The translations under genes were made by a program, and so were the position numbers. Positions 48,880 through 52,076 of a stretch of DNA of 52,076 nucleotides are shown here, piece after piece. The stretch lies in contig WJMS01000015.1 of NCBI GenBank assembly GCA_014727815.1, positions 1 to 52,076 of the forward strand, given 5' to 3'. The notes below the pieces were generated by a model. That model had not been told where the DNA came from. It did no database searches and worked only from the letters and a program-made list of their open reading frames with translations. The stretch is from a candidate division GN15 bacterium. GTDB lineage: Bacteria > Zixibacteria > MSB-5A5 > GN15 > FEB-12. Every line of letters starts with the position of its first letter. Within the stretch, counting starts at the first letter, position 1.

Positions 48880-49718
48880 TTGTTCTTGCGTTCGTTTTGC
48901 AGGCGGGTGGCATGGACCTGTGTCAATTCTGCCCCGAAGAACGCTATTAATGAAGAGTAGTAGACCCAGACCAGCAGGACGAGCAGAGAGCCGGCGGCGC
49001 CGTACATCGAGCCGACCGTGCTGGTTCCGAGGTACTTGCCGATAAGGAACTTGCCGAGCGCGAAAAGGACGGCGGTGATGATCGAACCCGGCCAGACGTC
49101 GCGCCAGGCGACCTCGGTGTCGGGCAGGATTCTGAAGATCGCGCCAAACATAATGGTGAAGACAAGAATCGACGCGCCGAAATTGACCCAGCCCCAGTAC
49201 GACTCCGCGCCCTGAAACACAAATGTCAGGGTAGCGTTGATGGCTGTTGAGACGAGCAGCAGAAAGCCAAGGGCGACAACCATCCCAAGCGAGACAATGC
49301 GCTTGCGCAGCCACTGCCACAACTCGGTGCGAATACCGGCGGTATCGGGTGAGCTGACACCCCAGATCTTGTTCAGTGACTTCTGCAACTGGGCGAACAT
49401 GGCCGTTGCGGTGAAGAGCAGCGCCACCAGGCTGATGATCGCCGAGATGCGGCCGGAAATCTGTTTCTCCCGGGCATTTTCAATAACCAGTTGAACGGTA
49501 TCGCGGGCGGTGGAGCCGATCAGCAATTCGATCTGCTGAATCAGTTCCGCCTGGGCCGTGTCGCCGAGAAAGCTCGCCAGAGACAATAGAATCAGCAGCA
49601 GGGGTGACAGAGACAACGCCGTGAAAAAGGCCAGGGACGCGGCCAGTGTTATGACATCGTCTTCGAAGAACTTGATAATTGCTTCGCCGAGAATACGTAT
49701 GGGACGCGGAACTTGCAT
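48867..49718 (-). CDS. YihY/BrkB-family membrane protein
   Basis: AASLAFF...SL.PLL, LQKSLNKIW, YGAAGSLLVLLVWVYYS...FFGAE. Confidence 0.93.
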   Translation of the reverse strand: MQVPRPIRILGEAIIKFFEDDVITLAASLAFFTALSLSPLLLILLSLASFLGDTAQAELIQQIELLIGSTARDTVQLVIENAREKQISGRISAIISLVALLFTATAMFAQLQKSLNKIWGVSSPDTAGIRTELWQWLRKRIVSLGMVVALGFLLLVSTAINATLTFVFQGAESYWGWVNFGASILVFTIMFGAIFRILPDTEVAWRDVWPGSIITAVLFALGKFLIGKYLGTSTVGSMYGAAGSLLVLLVWVYYSSLIAFFGAELTQVHATRLQNERKNNQSD

Positions 49719-49773
49719 ATGGGTCCTTTGACACCTGAAGAACGTGAGTGGCCGAAAACGGCGCCTGGTACGA

Positions 49774-50505
49774 TCAGTCTTCTTCCTGCGCTTTGCCGGT
49801 CATCGGCACGAACCTGACCGCGGTGATCCGTTCTTCGTGTATCTTGCCGTCACGTTTCGTCACCAGGCGCAGTTCCTGGTAGGCGGTGCCGACCGGGATT
49901 ACCAGTTGCCCGCCCTCGGCGAGTTGATCGAGCAGCGGCTGGGGGATTCTGGCGGGCGCGGCGGTGACCACGATAGCGTCAAAGGGCGCCTGCTCCGGCC
50001 AGCCGGCGTAGCCATCGCCATGCCGTACCGTGACGTTTTCATAGCCAAGCTGCTCGAGCCGTTTCGTCGAAATGGCCGCGAGGGTATCAACGATTTCGAT
50101 GGTGAAGACGTGGGCGCAGAGTTCGGCCAGGATGGCGGCCTGATAGCCGGAGCCGGTGCCGATCTCCAGGACGGTATCGGTCGGCTGCGGGTCCACCAGC
50201 TGCGTCATAAGGGCGACAATGTAGGGCTGAGATATGGTCTGGTCGGCCTCGATTGGCAGCGGATAGTCCCGGTAGGCATACGCCCGGAGCGAGCTGTCGA
50301 CGAACAGGTGCCGTGGAACTGCGCGAAACGCATCCAGCACGCGATCGTTGTCGATACCTCGGGGGATGAGCTGGGTGGTGATCATGCGCTCGCGCGCGTC
50401 GACAAACGCCGAGTCATCCTGTGCACTCACCGGATTGGTCGATGTGAGCGTGAGGAGTGCGAGAACAACGAGGCGACAGATGTGTTTGAGATGATATGAC
50501 GGCAT
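49774..50505 (-). CDS. pcm: Protein-L-isoaspartate O-methyltransferase with an N-terminal signal-like segment
   Basis: VPRHLFV, QTISQPYIVA, VLEIGTGSGYQAA, GDGY.GW...APFD.I, VRFVPM. Confidence 0.95.
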   Translation of the reverse strand: MPSYHLKHICRLVVLALLTLTSTNPVSAQDDSAFVDARERMITTQLIPRGIDNDRVLDAFRAVPRHLFVDSSLRAYAYRDYPLPIEADQTISQPYIVALMTQLVDPQPTDTVLEIGTGSGYQAAILAELCAHVFTIEIVDTLAAISTKRLEQLGYENVTVRHGDGYAGWPEQAPFDAIVVTAAPARIPQPLLDQLAEGGQLVIPVGTAYQELRLVTKRDGKIHEERITAVRFVPMTGKAQEED

Positions 50506-50574
50506 GCTTGTTTCGAAGATTGTTGGGTTACTGCGACACCTTTACTGATACCGATCACACTGCTTCGCGTACGT

Positions 50575-50603
50575 GTATAACAGTTGGTCGGAGCGAGAGT
50601 TTC
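50575..50603 (-). promoter_or_regulatory. Putative ECF-sigma promoter (GAAAC-N16-TGTTATAC) for pcm-yihY
   Basis: Both boxes and the spacing are identical to the copy at 34651-34679; 70 bp upstream of pcm. Confidence 0.65.
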
Positions 50604-50754
50604 CTGCTTGTCATCCCCGTACGGCGGTGGTGCCGGTGTTTTGCTGTACCTTTTTCCACCATGTTCGTATCTTGCGGGCCGACAGATCGGTCGTGCCATG
50701 GACGAGGTGAACATGCTCCTGATCAACAAAACGGCAGTGGATGAATCGCGATAG

Positions 50755-52076
50755 ATGTTAAAGCGAGTACTGAAGTACATTGGACTGAGCCTCGGGATAC
50801 TCATCCTGCTGCTGGTGGCGTTGGGCGTCTTTCTGAGTCTCTCGCCGGGCGAGGACTGGCTGCGCGGCATGGCTGAAGAACAACTGAGCGGTGCGCTGGG
50901 TCAGCCGGTGACGATCGGGAGGCTCGAAACCAATCTGCTGTCGCATCTCCAGCTTGAAGATGTGACATTGACCAATCCGAACACACCGTTTGGTCCGCAG
51001 TCAGCGCGTATCGGTCGGCTGGATGTGTCGTACCGGGTGCTGCCGTTGATTTCGGGTGAACTCGCACTCTCCTCGGTGATTATCGACACACTGACGGTTT
51101 CCCTCGCCCGGGACTCGGCGGGCGCTCTCTACCTGCCGCTGGCCCAGGCTGACGATACCACCGACGCGCCGGCTGCGAAGCCGGACACGGCGGACGGTGC
51201 CGGGTTCACGGTCAGGCTCGACACGGCTGCCATCACGCCTATCACCATACGGTACACTGACAACAGCCTGCCGATGATGGCGCACATCCGGCAGACATCG
51301 CTTTCGATCGGTCGCCATAATGACCGGTACGTTGTGGATTTCGATCTTGATAGTGCTGCCGCTGAACTGGGCGGGATCGCTTTGCCGGCCATGCGCCTGA
51401 AGACACAGGTGGGCTATGCGCCAGACTCCGTGCGGGTCGATACGCTGCACCTGCAGGTGGCGCAGATGCATCTGAGCGGCCGCGGCACGGTCGGCCTGGG
51501 CGCCGACACGAGTATCGATGCCTCGGTGGCCCTCTACGGCCAGCCCGACTCGATCCTCACCCCTGCATTGGAGTACCTTGGTCTGCCGCAGGTGCAGACG
51601 ACGGGCGAAGTGAGTATCTCGGCCCAGGCCGGCGGAACGCTGTCACACCCAACCGCCGATGCTGATGCGTCGGTACCCGCGGTCAGTGCGGGGCCGGTGG
51701 CCACCGGGCCGTCGATGCTCCGGCTGGCCTATCGAGCCGACACGGTCTTGATCGATACCATTCACATTCCGGCTTTCGGCGGGCAGGTGACCGGGCACGG
51801 GGCGATCGCGCTTGATACGGTCGTAGCGACCAATGCCGCCCTGAGTCTTGACTCTCTCGATATCGAGGACATCTGGGAAGCGCTGTACGAAGACAATTCA
51901 CCTTTCCGGGGACGGTTCTCGGGCAGCCTGACGCTCGCCAATGATGGTATGGACGTGACCGACTGGCGCGCCGAGGCCGCCCTGCGGGGGCGGCAGCTTC
52001 AGTTCGAGAATGTAGATATGCCCAACCTTGATGGCGGGGTGTCGTTTGACCGGGGTCGGGTGACGGTGGATATCGC
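50755..52076 (+). CDS. TamB/AsmA-like protein, N-terminal part (runs off the window; not in the ORF track)
   Basis: MLKRVLKYIGLSLGILILLLVALGVFLSLSPGEDWLRGMAEEQLSGALGQPVTIGRL...; N-terminal anchor followed by beta-strand-rich sequence; no stop seen. Confidence 0.75.
   Translation, partial: MLKRVLKYIGLSLGILILLLVALGVFLSLSPGEDWLRGMAEEQLSGALGQPVTIGRLETNLLSHLQLEDVTLTNPNTPFGPQSARIGRLDVSYRVLPLISGELALSSVIIDTLTVSLARDSAGALYLPLAQADDTTDAPAAKPDTADGAGFTVRLDTAAITPITIRYTDNSLPMMAHIRQTSLSIGRHNDRYVVDFDLDSAAAELGGIALPAMRLKTQVGYAPDSVRVDTLHLQVAQMHLSGRGTVGLGADTSIDASVALYGQPDSILTPALEYLGLPQVQTTGEVSISAQAGGTLSHPTADADASVPAVSAGPVATGPSMLRLAYRADTVLIDTIHIPAFGGQVTGHGAIALDTVVATNAALSLDSLDIEDIWEALYEDNSPFRGRFSGSLTLANDGMDVTDWRAEAALRGRQLQFENVDMPNLDGGVSFDRGRVTVDI

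Noticed and set aside
1-52076. CRISPR array, tRNA/rRNA, transposase, integrase, prophage or defence system
   Set aside because: No spaced direct repeats, cloverleaf or recombinase/phage motifs seen by eye; the LigD polymerase is a repair primase-polymerase, not a mobile-element replicase.

Overview
Gene-dense, GC-rich (roughly 60% by eye) chromosomal window from a diderm bacterium, as judged from an outer-membrane porin-cytochrome, a TamB-like ORF and a lipoprotein SodC. I found no rRNA, tRNA, CRISPR array or mobile element. The left part (1-11.8 kb) holds the end of pntB, a MarR-S41 peptidase pair, an AGCS transporter, an Lrp-flavoprotein pair, a sigma70-driven operon of a pentaheme cytochrome c plus a Cyc2-like cytochrome-porin fusion, and a Kef-type antiporter. 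From about 11.9 to 50.6 kb lies a large cluster of general-stress/dormancy genes, mostly on the minus strand: TreT, PfkB, PRC-barrel, split LigD, a minimal SufBC (SMS) pair, AI-2E, P-type ATPase, Rieske-FAD fusion, SDR, cytochrome P460-like, HutG, PfpI, AKR, SodC, HPF-CSD, CBS, SpoVG, YihY and Pcm. Inside it sits an E. coli-type complex I operon (nuoA,B,CD,E,F,G,H,I,J,K,N) lacking nuoL and nuoM. A recurrent ECF-sigma-like promoter motif (AAC-N16/17-YRTT, twice exactly GAAAC-N16-TGTTATAC) precedes several units of the cluster. Two small membrane-protein ORFs absent from the ORF track were found. All product calls rest on motif recognition by eye; no database searches were run.
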